DNA of 62,581 nt, counting the filler, from Syncephalis fuscata S228 (taxonomy: Eukaryota > Fungi > Zoopagomycota), in assembly GCA_025786725.1 (NCBI GenBank). It is 4 parts of 4 records of this genome, joined end to end, with 100 filler letters (N's around TTAATTAATTAA, not from the genome) between each part and the next. Parts side by side here need not be neighbours in the genome. Positions count along the whole stretch, not along the records: positions 16,948 to 38,747 come from JAHLTZ010000150.1; positions 38,848 to 49,310 come from JAHLTZ010000294.1; positions 49,411 to 62,581 come from JAHLTZ010000251.1; 1 more part is not named here. One strand, written 5' to 3'. Positions within the stretch are counted from its first letter, which is position 1. Every line of letters starts with the position of its first letter. Below the pieces are notes generated by a model. That model worked only from the letters and a program-made list of their open reading frames with translations, did not search any database and was not told the DNA's origin. Below are positions 38,535 to 51,181 of this stretch, in pieces. A program made the translations under genes and the position numbers.

Positions 38535-38747
38535 GTAATGTCAGCCTTGGGTGAGCCATCAGCAGATGTTTCGCCCATCCCGCTATATCGTCGACGCCGT
38601 CCTTCTTTATCTGCTCCCTCGCCTATTGCTATCGATCAACTACTACAAGCACCTATGGCCCAGATGTGCGCTCAATCACCAGCAAGTTCGGACCAGCGAT
38701 TGAAGCCATCTTATCCACTAAGAACGGCATTTTCTCCGCGCTCACCT
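38058..38747 (+). CDS. Hypothetical low-complexity protein (polyQ, RRxS motifs); partial, cut by the gap; true start possibly upstream (~37789)
   Basis: GC-richer open frame of 230 codons up to the Ns; Q run; RRSQS, RKDS and RRRPSL motifs. Confidence 0.6.
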
Positions 38748-38847
38748 NNNNNNNNNNNNNNNNNNNNNNNNNNNNNNNNNNNNNNNNNNNNTTAATTAAT
38801 TAANNNNNNNNNNNNNNNNNNNNNNNNNNNNNNNNNNNNNNNNNNNN
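38748..38847. other. Assembly gap with artificial spacer
   Basis: N-TTAATTAATTAA-N. Confidence 0.97.
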
Positions 38848-41800
38848 CCTTCTTTTGAATATGCTTAATTCAACGGAACATTTTACTTTGTTCTGTTTAC
38901 TTACAAATCAACAACAGCTCATCAATACTACCAATTCCCAGTTGTAGACTGCCAATAAGCAGTGCAAATCCATCAGATATATCGTCGAAATTACATAATC
39001 GATTACGCCAGGTAGAACAACAACATAAGCGATCAGCTACTGAATACAACGTAATATGCTGTGTGCATGTGACGCTAATCGATGATGAAATAAAATGATA
39101 CCTTTACGCATCAATGCCACAAATACTGACATTGGTTCTAAATAATTAGCACTCTGTGTATTAGTATAGAATGAACGGAAACAGAATAGATCATAGCTAC
39201 AAGGTAGCTAGCATTTCTTACGTGTATCCTCGAGCTTAATAGCATCAGTCGTCAATGGATGTATACGGAATATCTAGTATTCAATGTACTTTAATTCTGA
39301 TTAATTGTCTATTCTATATCATTCATTAACAAATGCACGTATTTCTGAATCAGTGGATGTTACTGCATCCACTTGGAACAAAGCTTTGCGCAATAGATTG
39401 GCTGTCTAGTGTATATCCATTAATATTATGGCTTCATTTTTCGCAGAAGCAATGCAGCTTTTCAATAATGCTGTCGCCGCATATTTGAACTAATATCAAC
39501 CGACATTGCTGAAGCAAAGCTGTTACACCGGTCAGCTGTACTTAATAGCGCTAAATCAAATTCAACATCCTCCAGTCATAAATCCAATTTTCAGCGCTTG
39601 TATACAAATTTAATTGAGCAGTGCCGCGTATTGTATAGAAGTGGTCGCTGATCTAGCCGTTATTGGCATATTACGCCATAAATAAGCTGACAGTCTAAAT
39701 TAACCACCAACAAAAGCTGTCGATTGAATAATCCTTGTAACTTCAAAATAAACAAAACACGGATTTACCAGAATATACAATATACAATACAGTTTAATGA
39801 TTTGTAGCGGCGTGTAGCAATAGCTGACGGCGTAATAAAAATCTCGACCCAATTAACAAGCGTTTATATACCACAAAAGGCTATGTAGCCGCTGCAACAA
39901 CTGTAGCTTGCTATTTACAAATATTCAACAGCATAGAAGAAGGCCATGCTGAATAGACTGAATGAAAGTAGACATGAACGACAAGCGGCAGATCTTACAA
40001 CAAATAAAGCTACTAACAAGTGAACCACTGTAACAAACTGCGCACGTTTATTAGAAAACAAAGCACTACGCAATAAGACGAGTAGACACGCTAAAGTGTA
40101 TAGACAGGAAAGTAACTGCTGCAGTGTATATGGACCAATGAGAGATAAAAAGGAATGAGCTGAGCTTTACAACCAATAGACCTAGCGCCAAATAAACAGC
40201 AGTTTTGAGTAGCGCATGGCTATCATATGACAGAACGATACAGAATGAAACGAATATATAAAGTAAAAAGTATGAATAGCAGTGGTATAGCTACTAAGCA
40301 TATATGCATGAGTGAATGAGCGACATTAGTCGACATTTATAAATAATAAAGCTAGAACAGAAATAAACATATTTTTGGATAGAGCAAGGCTATACGAGTA
40401 TAGAGTGATGTATAGAATGATAAATGTACGGTAAGAAAGCATGTAAAACGACATCAAAGCTATAGTGTATATAGCGCAATGAATGGAGAGAGAAAAGTGT
40501 ATTGGGACAAACAGATGATAGAATGTACCTAGTATGTTATAAAATGGTATATAGAGGTGTGGGATATAAAAGAATGGTATACGTGAATAGAGGATATATG
40601 CATACTGGATAATGAATCTATAATGATGAGTATTTTGATGATAGACGTCACTCACCGCCCATCATCATGTTCAATAGCTGGATGTTATTAAAAATAGTCA
40701 TTTGACCACCAAGCAAACAACAAATGCGATGATGTGATGATTAAAAAAACTCACCATTTGTCCCATTTAGTAGAATAGATGTCTAGTTCAGTTACGCGAT
40801 TATTATTAAAAAGTCATTTAACACAAATTATAATAAAGCTATAGCGCACTGAGTGGACTGAGTGAAGCTGATTGAAATGCATAATAAATATAAGTGTTCA
40901 ACCTGTCATTGACTAATAGTAGGATGTAAAGATACAATTTAATGATATTATTAGATTAAAAATATATGCATACTAAATAATAAATCTATGATGGCGGTAT
41001 TTTGGACCCTGACGTCAGGTACTTTTAATTTCATGTTCACTAGAACGTGTGTGTAGGTCAGTTGCGCGAATACTATTAAATGTAGTCATCTAACACTAAA
41101 TTGCAATTATCATTTAATTAAAAAACATTTTTTTTATAAACATTCAAATTATTCTGCCCACTTAACCGGCTTAGAAGTCAAAGAACACCAACTGTAAATA
41201 TGCTGTACCCTTTATTATGTTTTGAGGTTTTAAAGCTGTCTTTATCTTCAATTAATCTCTAAAAATTTTAAAGTAATTATGGTTTTATAAGCTTAATATT
41301 TGCTAATTCGACGCATTTATAAAGTCGAATTTTAAACAAAAGCAATGCCATTTGCTAGTGCATAAACTATATTTTTGGAATAAAACTAGTATTTTTGTGA
41401 ATAAAGAAACTAATCAAACAGTTATTCTTCTAAACATCATGACCGCGAATAAATCACGTTGTCCAACGTGTGGAAAGGGTTTTCCGTCGTTAGCCAGCCG
41501 TAGGAAGCACGACTTTGAAGAACACAAGGCACAAATAAACGTATGGAAAGGTGAAGGTAAGTAATGTAGCTTACGCTGAATAAATCAATCCACTTAACGA
41601 TCTTCTACGACAGAACTACTTTTTGTTTGTACTAAACAAGATGGGCGTTTTGGATGTCCGTTTTAAAAATTGCACTGGCAGTTGCGCTACAACGGAAGGA
41701 TTCAAAAAGCATCTAAAAAAGCACGAAGCTTATATTACTTATTTCGAGATGGAAAACAAGGAAGCTCAAGTCGGAGCAAAACGACTTTATCAAGATGATA

Positions 41801-44800
41801 AAAAAGCGACAAGCTTTAAAAACAGTGATGACGACGTATCACTGTTCACCAAAAAAAAGCAGAAGATTGGAAAGGAGCTATATTCTACTCCTACTCCTAC
41901 TCATAGCACACCACTGGCGGATGCATCGCTTTCCTACGATGATGCAATTCTTAGTGCATTCAACGCGCTTCAAGCGTCGCCAAAATGCCAACAGAAGGCA
42001 AAACTAGTTGCAAAATCTAGCAAGTTACATCCTCTGTCGCTCACAACTGGAGATGGGCGTTCAACGTTTCACGTGCTGGCTGTCTCTGAAGCAATCTCAC
42101 GGATTCTCTTTGCTCAGCCAAAAGGGGAAATTATTGCACCACTGATTACACCCTCAGCAGCAGACAATGCCTGCCTTAATAGTAGCAAGACAGCTGACAA
42201 CCGTTTACGTCATTGCTTGCAACATGGGCTGTTTGGTGAAAAACTGAAACAATGTGACATCATTGAAATGAACGATGAAATCGCCGAGCTATTACAAAGA
42301 GACTGGCATATTTGGCCACAAATGCGCTACGTATCAGCGCAATTATTCAGCAATGCTATACTTGTTGAAGATAAGCAAATTCTACTGATCAACTGCGTGG
42401 AGGCGTACGGCCGCAGATGTACCATCGATGTACATCATGAGACAGCGTGGCGTTCACCATCTGTGCCAGATGATGACGACCTTCGCTATAATGGAATTAA
42501 AGTTGTGGTGGACACATACAACAACTCAAAAAGACTGTTAATAGGAACGCATTCTTCAAATCTTCTTGTGACGTCGAGTGTCCTATTAAGAAATAATCAA
42601 CAGATTATCCAGCTCGGGCCCAGTACAAAGGACATTAGTCTAAAAGATCCACGGGTTTATTTGGACTCTAAAAGCATTGAAAAATCAATATGCCTTTTCA
42701 ATAAGGGCAATAAATGTTGTCACATTGATTATCTTGATTTCATGTCACAGTTACGCCAGGTTCGGTCGAAGTTCCATTGTCCTTCGACATACACACTTTG
42801 CCGCTCAAGCTCAGCGGCAACCAATTCTGTCACTCGCCGCCCTTTTACCATTTGGACATTGGCGGACTATGAAATTTCTCGATTAACACAAGCAAAAATC
42901 GGATCGCAGTTGTTCCAAACAATTGCAACTGCTGTAATCAATAATGGGCGAAAGGCCAAGCTTCAAATGTCAGATGTGCAAAACATTGCAAACCAATGCA
43001 AAGAAGATAAAGTCTTGGTGTTCATAAAGCTTATTCTTAAACAGTTCGACGGCCAAGATCATATTCCAATTATCGGCAACAAGATATTGGACACACATCT
43101 GCAAGGCTTAGCAAACATTGTTACAGGAAGTTTAAGCGATGCAAACAAGGCGGTAAAGAAAGAACTGTCTAAAATATTTCAAAAATAATTAATGCAATGC
43201 TATCTTATTCAGCTGTCTTGTTTGTATTAAAGCTATCGCATTAACATTAAACGACTTATTGACCATTTATTATAATTTGTGTTAAATGATTTTTTAATAA
43301 TATTCGCGTAATTGGACTACACATCTATTCTACTAAAGATAGGGACAAATGGTGAGTTTTATTTAATCATCACATCATCGCATTTGTTGTTTGCTTGGTG
43401 GTCAAATGACTATTTTTAATAACATCCAGTCTATTGAACATGATGATGGGCGGTGAGTGACGTCTATCATCAAAATACTCATCATTATAGATTCATTATC
43501 CAGTATGCATATATCCTCTATTCACGTATACCATTCTTTTATATCCCACACCTCTATATACCATTTTATAACATACTAGGTACATTCTATCATCTGTTTG
43601 TCCCAATACACTTTTCTCTCTCCATTCATTGCGCTATATACACTATAGCTTTGATGTCGTTTTACATGCTTTCTTACCGTACATTTATCATTCTATACAT
43701 CACTCTATACTCGTATAGCCTTGCTCTATCCAAAAATATGTTTATTTCTGTTCTAGCTTTATTATTTATAAATGTCGACTAATGTCGCTCATTCACTCAT
43801 GCATATATGCTTAGTAGCTATACCACTGCTATTCATACTTTTTACTTTATATATTCGTTTCATTCTGTATCGTTCTGTCATATGATAGCCATGCGCTACT
43901 CAAAACTGCTGTTTATTTGGCGCTAGGTCTATTGGTTGTAAAGCTCAGCTCATTCCTTTTTATCTCTCATTGGTCCATATACACTGCAGCAGTTACTTTC
44001 CTGTCTATACACTTTAGCGTGTCTACTCGTCTTATTGCGTAGTGCTTTGTTTTCTAATAAACGTGCGCAGTTTGTTACAGTGGTTCACTTGTTAGTAGCT
44101 TTATTTGTTGTAAGATCTGCCGCTTGTCGTTCATGTCTACTTTCATTCAGTCTATTTAGCATGGCTTTCTTCTATGCTGTTGAATATTTGTAAATAGCAA
44201 GCTACAGTTGTTGCAGCGGCTACATAGCCTTTTGTGGTATATAAACATGCTTGTTAATTGGGTCGAGGTTTTTATTACGCCGTCAGCTATTGCTACACGC
44301 CGCTACAAATCATTAAACTGTATTGTATATTGTATATTCTGGTAAATCCGTGTTTTGTTTATTTTGAAGTTACAAGGATTATTCAATCGACAGCTTTTGT
44401 TGGTGGTTAATTTAGACTGCCAGCTTATTTATGGCGTAATATGCCAATAACGGCTAGATCAGCGACCACTTCTATACAATACGCGGCACTGCTCAATTAA
44501 ATTTGTATACAAGCGCTGAAAATTGGATTTATGACTGGAGGATGTTGAATTTGATTTAGCGCTATTAAGTACAGCTGACCGGTGTAACAGCTTTGCTTCA
44601 GCAATGTCGGTTGATATTAGTTCAAATATGCGGCGACAGCATTATTGAAAAGCTGCATTGCTTCTGCGAAAAATGAAGCCATAACATTAATGGATATACA
44701 CTAGACAGCCAATCTATGCGCAAAGCTTTGTTCCAAGTGGATGCAATAACATCCACTGATTCAGAAATACGTGCATTTGTTAATGAATGATATAGAATAG

Positions 44801-45261
44801 ACAATTAATCAGAATTAAAGTACATTGAATACTAGATATTCCGTATACATCCATTGACGACTGATGCTATTAAGCTCGAGGATACACGTAAGAAATGCTA
44901 GCTACCTTGTAGCTACGATCTATTCTGTTTCCGTTCATTTTACACTAATACACAGAGTGCTAATTATTTAGAACCAATGTCAGTATTTGTGGCATTGATG
45001 CGTAAAGGTATCATTTTATTTCATCATCGATTAGCGTCACATGCACACAGCATATTACGTTGTATTCAGTAGCTGATCGCTTATGTTGTTGTTCTACCTG
45101 GCGTAATCGATTATGTAATTTCGACGATATATCTGATGGATTTGCACTGCTTATTGGCAGTCTACAACTGGGAATTGGTAGTATTGATGAGCTGTTGTTG
45201 ATTTGTAAGTAAACAGAACAAAGTAAAATGTTCCGTTGAATTAAGCATATTCAAAAGAAGG
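38848..45261. mobile_element. Element with ~2-kb inverted repeats (38848-40837 and 43266-45261) enclosing one gene; left arm truncated by the gap
   Basis: Arms are near-identical reverse complements with scattered SNPs and indels; the identical 109-aa ORFs at 40326-40655(-) and 43453-43782(+) confirm this. Confidence 0.75.
41439..43188 (+). CDS. C2H2 zinc-finger protein with an uncharacterised ~480-aa C-terminal region; apparent +1 frameshift at ~41661-41664
   Basis: Exon 1 MTANKSRCPTCGKGFPSLASRRKHDFEEH; intron 41557-41613 (GTAAGT..CAG). Exon 2 reads ELLFVCTKQDGRFGCPF then TAA; removing one T gives a second finger CPFKNC...FKKHLKKH continuing into the 521-aa ORF. Confidence 0.65.
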
Positions 45262-48200
45262 CAACAAGATTGGGACGGCTTCTTAGTATTAAAGCCGATG
45301 TGATGGGTAAATTGATTAAACGGTGCAATAAACGAGTCGACAGTGAAATTGGCTCATACCTTGGCAATAACCAAAACATGTATGAGTATATTTAGCATAT
45401 AGATATGATAGTGATACTTTGACATAGATCATTCGATTAATGTATTGCAGACTATAGAGCATTACAAAAAGACTATTGTGCATGTACATAGCAACTATTT
45501 TGGTACAGATCGATATTGAGCTAATACAGCTATTTAAAGTTTCCAACGATGTTATGACAAAGTTAATAGTTTTGACGCTGGAATAGTGCCAATGAACGTT
45601 ATTACAGAGCGCTATATAATGAATATGTGTCGATTATAATATATAAACAGCTACATTACTAACACGGATAATTGTATAATATATATATATAAGCATTAAT
45701 AAACAATCAAGCAGCCGTCAATGGTCAGTAGTGAACATGAAAACATTAAATTACTGTTGCCATCAACGTATAGCCAGCTATATTAGTTAGCTGGCAATGG
45801 CAACATTGTAATATTGCTCATGATTACTATAGAAATTAGCATTATTCTATTGACAAGATCGTATTGTTAATATCTATCTAAATAGTAGAAATTAATAGCA
45901 AGCGCTATTAGCAAATGGACAACTAAGCACCATGCATGTTTTCAATATATATATATAGCTGGCCAAACGCTATTAATCCATGTTGTTTACCGACTAGCTG
46001 GTTGCATAGTATTTACGGATACCTGCTGATTAGCTGTATCAACTGATTAACAATAGCCAATATAATAGTATAGCAATATTCTGTTAAGCAATATGCTAGT
46101 AATCGCGCGTCAACACCGATAAAGTATGGATATTTGATTATTTCCATAGCCGGCTATAGGTTAATAGACATGTAACATGGGTATCAGTTAATCATATGGC
46201 TACATTAGTGCTATCTGTTATTGTGTATTGCTGGTTACTGGTCGACAGTTAGTGTTGAATATACTGCGTGCATCATTGGCATGATATAGCTACCGATACT
46301 AACAGTTAGTGAGCGCTATTTATACAGCTTACTACCATTGTAAACCAATGCTATGTATTGCAGTGCAACAACTAGGAATTGGCAAAATAGTTGCTATTTG
46401 TATTGCCAACGACAGTGGTGAGCTGTGTTTAATAAATGCCACAATTGAAATTACTGTTGAAGATTACCGATCGTCAATATAAACATGTATACTAATGCTG
46501 GCTATTGAGAATTGCCATGCCAGTTGTTACTGGGTAATTGGCGACACAAGTAGTAAACCTAGTGTTGGTGCTTGCCAATTTGAAACATATCTACAAATAA
46601 CATGGACAGTTAACGTCTGCTCGCTTAGCAAGTGGCAGCATAATATGCACTGTTACTAACTGATGACTATGCATAAGATTTGCTTTTGTATACCGCAACA
46701 GTATGGTGTGCGCACCAATGGACAATACTATACCAATGGCTGTTATTGTTATACACTCCACTACATAATTGTATACGGTATGTAGCCAAAATCGCCATTG
46801 TCTGTATAACACATTCACAGCCATTAACATTGTCAGTACTATTACGGATGACTGATAGCATCTGTATAGTTGCCAGTGGCAATGCCACATAACATGATCT
46901 ACCAATGATGCCGGTTATACTTGATACACGCCACCACCAATGCTAATAAAACAACCAATGTACATGATTAGCATACCGTTCACAGCACGTGTGGCTAACG
47001 GTGTACCATTGCGTGCTATTGTGCTATTACACACATACTGTAGCTATATGCAATACCAATCATTAATATATTTATTAATTATATCATGTCACCGACGCTG
47101 TTGGTTGGCCGACATAACTAGCAAATCGACGGCAATTGTTAACGGTCAATTATGGCTACAGGGATTGATACTGTCAAGTTGCAATTGGCTATCTATTAAG
47201 CAATCGATACATTTTTAATTAGTATTTGTGTGGGCTTTTATTGTCAAAATAACAAAAAAAGGACTATTATAGCCTTTATTAATTAACTTTACCAATTCTT
47301 GATTCTATCAATCATACAGCTAGAAATACGTAATAGCATCTACTATAACCGCATGGCGTTGACGCATTGGCGCATATAACTGACATATGTTGGAAAAATC
47401 GTGAAAAGGCACCACAAATAGAAATGGCAATATTAGCATTAAATATTAACAATATTTAATATATATTGGCCGTCGGCACGTATTTTGATTACAATCAACC
47501 ATAATGACGCTACTATTTATTTTGTAATTATAGCATAGAATCAATCGCTGGTGTTGCATGCGTACTAACATGCGTTTCAACAGCTGTATGCTGCTGTATG
47601 CTGCTGTATGTTGCTTAACTATACTGCTTATTAATACAGTAGCTAATATGTGCAGCTTGCTGGCGTGTATTGACATTGATCGCCGCTGATGTCAGTTGAA
47701 TATTACCACCAACATTGCAACTAAAACGAGCGGTGGTTGTCGTACTTATACTCGCTGATATACATTGCCATTGCTGTTGCCTTTTGTATCGTTGAATGTG
47801 TGTGTATATGGAGGTCAACTATTTGACATGATGCTTATATCGTAGTGCTGATTCCCATTGTAATGCCATGCCTAACCTGATTATAGTAGTAGCAAATACA
47901 GCTACTTTTTTATAAACGCTTTAACATTTAGCATCCTTTAACTAAATAAATATGCTATAAATCAACATTAGTATAGTGTCTAGTAGCTTTGTTATGCCAT
48001 TCAATTATTTGAATGTACTATACTGCTAGTATACTAAAAAATAGTTACATTCTATAAAGCTACACCCACACTGGTCATTTTAATAATAGCAATAGTGGTT
48101 CGTTTGATTGGTTTGATTGTGTTAAGCCTAGTATAATAATATTAAACAATTTGCTAATGATCTAGTATGATTTGAAAGATAAATGGCTAAATTTAACAAC

Positions 48201-48999
48201 ATCCAATCTATTGGGCATGAAACTGTGTGGTGGATGGCATTAGCCATTAAAATACTCGTCATTATAGATTTAGTATTTAGTATGCATATGCCTTCTATCC
48301 ACCCATATCATTACTATTCTGTATTTATTAAGTCATATATCGATCGATCATATAATAAGCACAACCCATTTACAGCAGGTATTTTATTGCCGCTAGCTTT
48401 ATTGCTATAGGTTCAATTTATTGTACTTACCTAATCGTCTATGTATATCTTCACTATTATTTTATCCATTGATTCTATTCTAAACTATACTCATCATGTC
48501 TTATTGATAAAACTCGTTTATTTGTTACTCGCCGTATTGTTTGTATATTTTACTTGATTGCTTGTGCAATACGCATACTATACCTTTATTGCCATTATTT
48601 TACACTTTATTTGACCATTCATTTGAATCTATATTATTCCATATTATAACACGGCAAGGAAGAAGGCTTGTGATCTTGTTAAAAGCTAGTATTATTTGAA
48701 AACAAAACACAGTGCATGAATGCAAACAGCAACACTAACACTGCATACCTAAATATCTATGTAAAAATAACAGTTGATTAAATGGTAAGTAGTTTGAAGT
48801 AAAAATAAGCAAGTATTTATTACATAGCAGCGCCAGTTGTCTTACCATAGTAAACAGCCGATTATAAAAGCGTACATGGCTATTTGTGCTACACCGTCTT
48901 TGTCCGCACAATAATACATATTTAATAAAACATAACAATGCTTACCTGTAGCTTCAAAGAAACGGCAAATGCTTTAAATGTAGACTGATAGTCGATAGT

Positions 49000-49310
49000 C
49001 AGAGACTGTCAAGGCAGAATGGCGGAATGGCAGAATGGTAGTGGCAGGACGGTGAACTGGCAAAACGGTGAGATGGTGGAATACCGCTGTTCTGCCATCA
49101 CCATCCACCGTTCTGCACCACCATTTTAGCGTTCTGCCACCACATCACCGTTCTGCCACCATTTCACCGTTCTGCCACCATCAGTCCACCGTTCTGCCAC
49201 CACCATTTCACCGTTCTGCCACCATCAGTCCACCGTTCTGCCACCACCATTTTAGCCGCACACCACCGTTCTGCCACCACCATTTCACCGTTCTGCACCA
49301 TCAGTCCACC
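49000..49310 (+). repeat. Array of short CACCGTTCTGCCACCA(T) repeats in both orientations; possible DNA-transposon end
   Basis: Abrupt GC-rich start CAGAGACTGTCAAGGCAGAATGG; GGCAGAA(T/C)GG units followed by inverted CCGTTCTGCC units up to the gap. Confidence 0.6.
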
Positions 49311-49410
49311 NNNNNNNNNNNNNNNNNNNNNNNNNNNNNNNNNNNNNNNNNNNNTTAATTAATTAANNNNNNNNNNNNNNNNNNNNNNNNNNNNNNNNNN
49401 NNNNNNNNNN
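49311..49410. other. Assembly gap with artificial spacer
   Basis: N-TTAATTAATTAA-N. Confidence 0.97.
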
Positions 49411-51181
49411 CATCAAATGTTTCTCGGATGGTAGATGATGGATTAATTTGTACTTGAGTGTAGTAACATCACACCATTCTTATGCACATGTACCTATTAA
49501 TTGACTGATGTTAATAGTATTCGTGTCCTTGACGGATTATGATACTAATTCAGTTGTTGTTTCTATAGTTTCTGTGCCTCATAGTCTGCACGTTAAGTCT
49601 ACGGTTCATTTTCCTTGCCCAACATTATCGTCTTGCCTTCTGAGTCCTTTAGTGCTCATTAAGTCTGGTTCCCTTTTAGGAATCCTGGCATGATTTTGAG
49701 ATTGTACGGCGCCTTTTTGTGTGTAGTACCCGTAGATTAACGTTGCCACTGTGTTCATTAAAAACTATAGAAGCGTGGCTGGCATCAGTGATGACGTATG
49801 TGTACAGGCGCGTGTGGGTGTGTGTGGTGCTTTATTGCGCAAAGGTATAAGTCCCATCATCGGCCTATGATCTTACGAGAAAGACGCGCCATAGTCCTGT
49901 GAGCTGGACAAATGAGCTGCGTTGCATCTATTATGGATGCCTGGTGCCGTGCTGCTAATTGTCTCTTTTAGAACCAAATCGGTCGTTTGTTAAACAGCTA
50001 CCATCGTACCGGATGCGCTATACCTTTGGTCCCGTTCGCTCGGGCTATAGATGTTTGCAGGCTTTCGTTTGGCCTGTAGACCCTTTGCACAACAACAGAT
50101 CTTTCGTAGACTCTACTTGTAAGCCGGTTCTTTTGCTATAAATAGCAAAGGATCATCAAGCAGCAATACAACAAGTTTGAGCAGCCTGGCTCTTGCACAT
50201 GGCTCCTTAGTTGTATTAGCCTGAATTACTAGTCGCGGCCATGCACGATCTGTCTTTCTATGTGACGTTTGTACCCATTAATCCACACTAATCTTGTGTG
50301 ATGCCATGTAACGATACCCCACACTATCCATTATATCTACCCTTACGAGCGTTACCGCGCTTTACCTTTGCGTTTGTCTTTATAGCTGGCGACGCCTATG
50401 GGCTAGTTGCCGCTAGAGACTTATTATTCGTTTTGCCTTAGTTTTTTCGCCGTTCTTTTCTGTGTTTTCCGTCGTTTGTACCCTTTGTTATTTACTTACT
50501 ATGCATAGTACGTGTTTCAACTGTGTTCTCGACTGTATTCGGTTACATTCGTCAACTATAAGTTACAAAGCAACCAACACACGATGCATATTAACGGCGC
50601 GCGCTCAGCGTTCTGCTTCTGCGTTCCATCGCTTATCTTAGTACTGGCTATTCATTGTGTCGCAACATTTGCCATATCAGTCTATTTTCTATATTGGCAC
50701 TGGTGCGTGTAATTTGTTTCCTTTATTACATAGATTTAACAATGAAAGCCACATTTGGCAAATAATCATTATATTGCGTGCATGTACATGCTTATTAATA
50801 TCACAAATGTTTAGTATCAAAAATATACTAGTAATACTATGTGAAATAGTGTGTAATTGATTACTTTCATTATGTATATTTAACAATGATTGCTATATTT
50901 AACAGCTAATTATTATATTTTGTTTGTATATATACGTTTATTAATATCATTACAGTGTTTAGCATTGGAAACTTAGCATTAATGCCATTTGGAGATACTG
51001 TATGTAATTGTTTACTTTATTACATAGAATTAACGGTAACAGTTATGTTCGATAAACAATTAATATTTTTTGTGAGTGTATACATGTTCCTCAATATCAT
51101 AACAATGTTTAGCATTAAAATATATACTATTATGACACGCGAAAATTGTGTGTCCTTATATCTGGATTTGTTGTTCGTGAG

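Noticed and set aside
40326-40655. Identical 109-aa ORFs at 40326-40655(-) and 43453-43782(+)
   Set aside because: GTG start and Y/I/F-rich composition typical of AT-rich noncoding DNA; identity simply reflects the inverted repeat.
45262-47900. Cluster of short overlapping ORFs in compositionally odd DNA
   Set aside because: No recognisable motifs and many stops; possibly decayed repeat sequence but not callable.
49411-50700. GC-richer noncoding block with TATAAATA (~50137), possibly an LTR or retroelement remnant
   Set aside because: No second LTR, PBS, PPT or gag/pol-like ORF could be supported.
50795-51135. Three loose ~148-bp-spaced AATATCA..TGTTTAG(C/T)AT motifs
   Set aside because: Too degenerate and AT-rich to support as a real repeat without computation.
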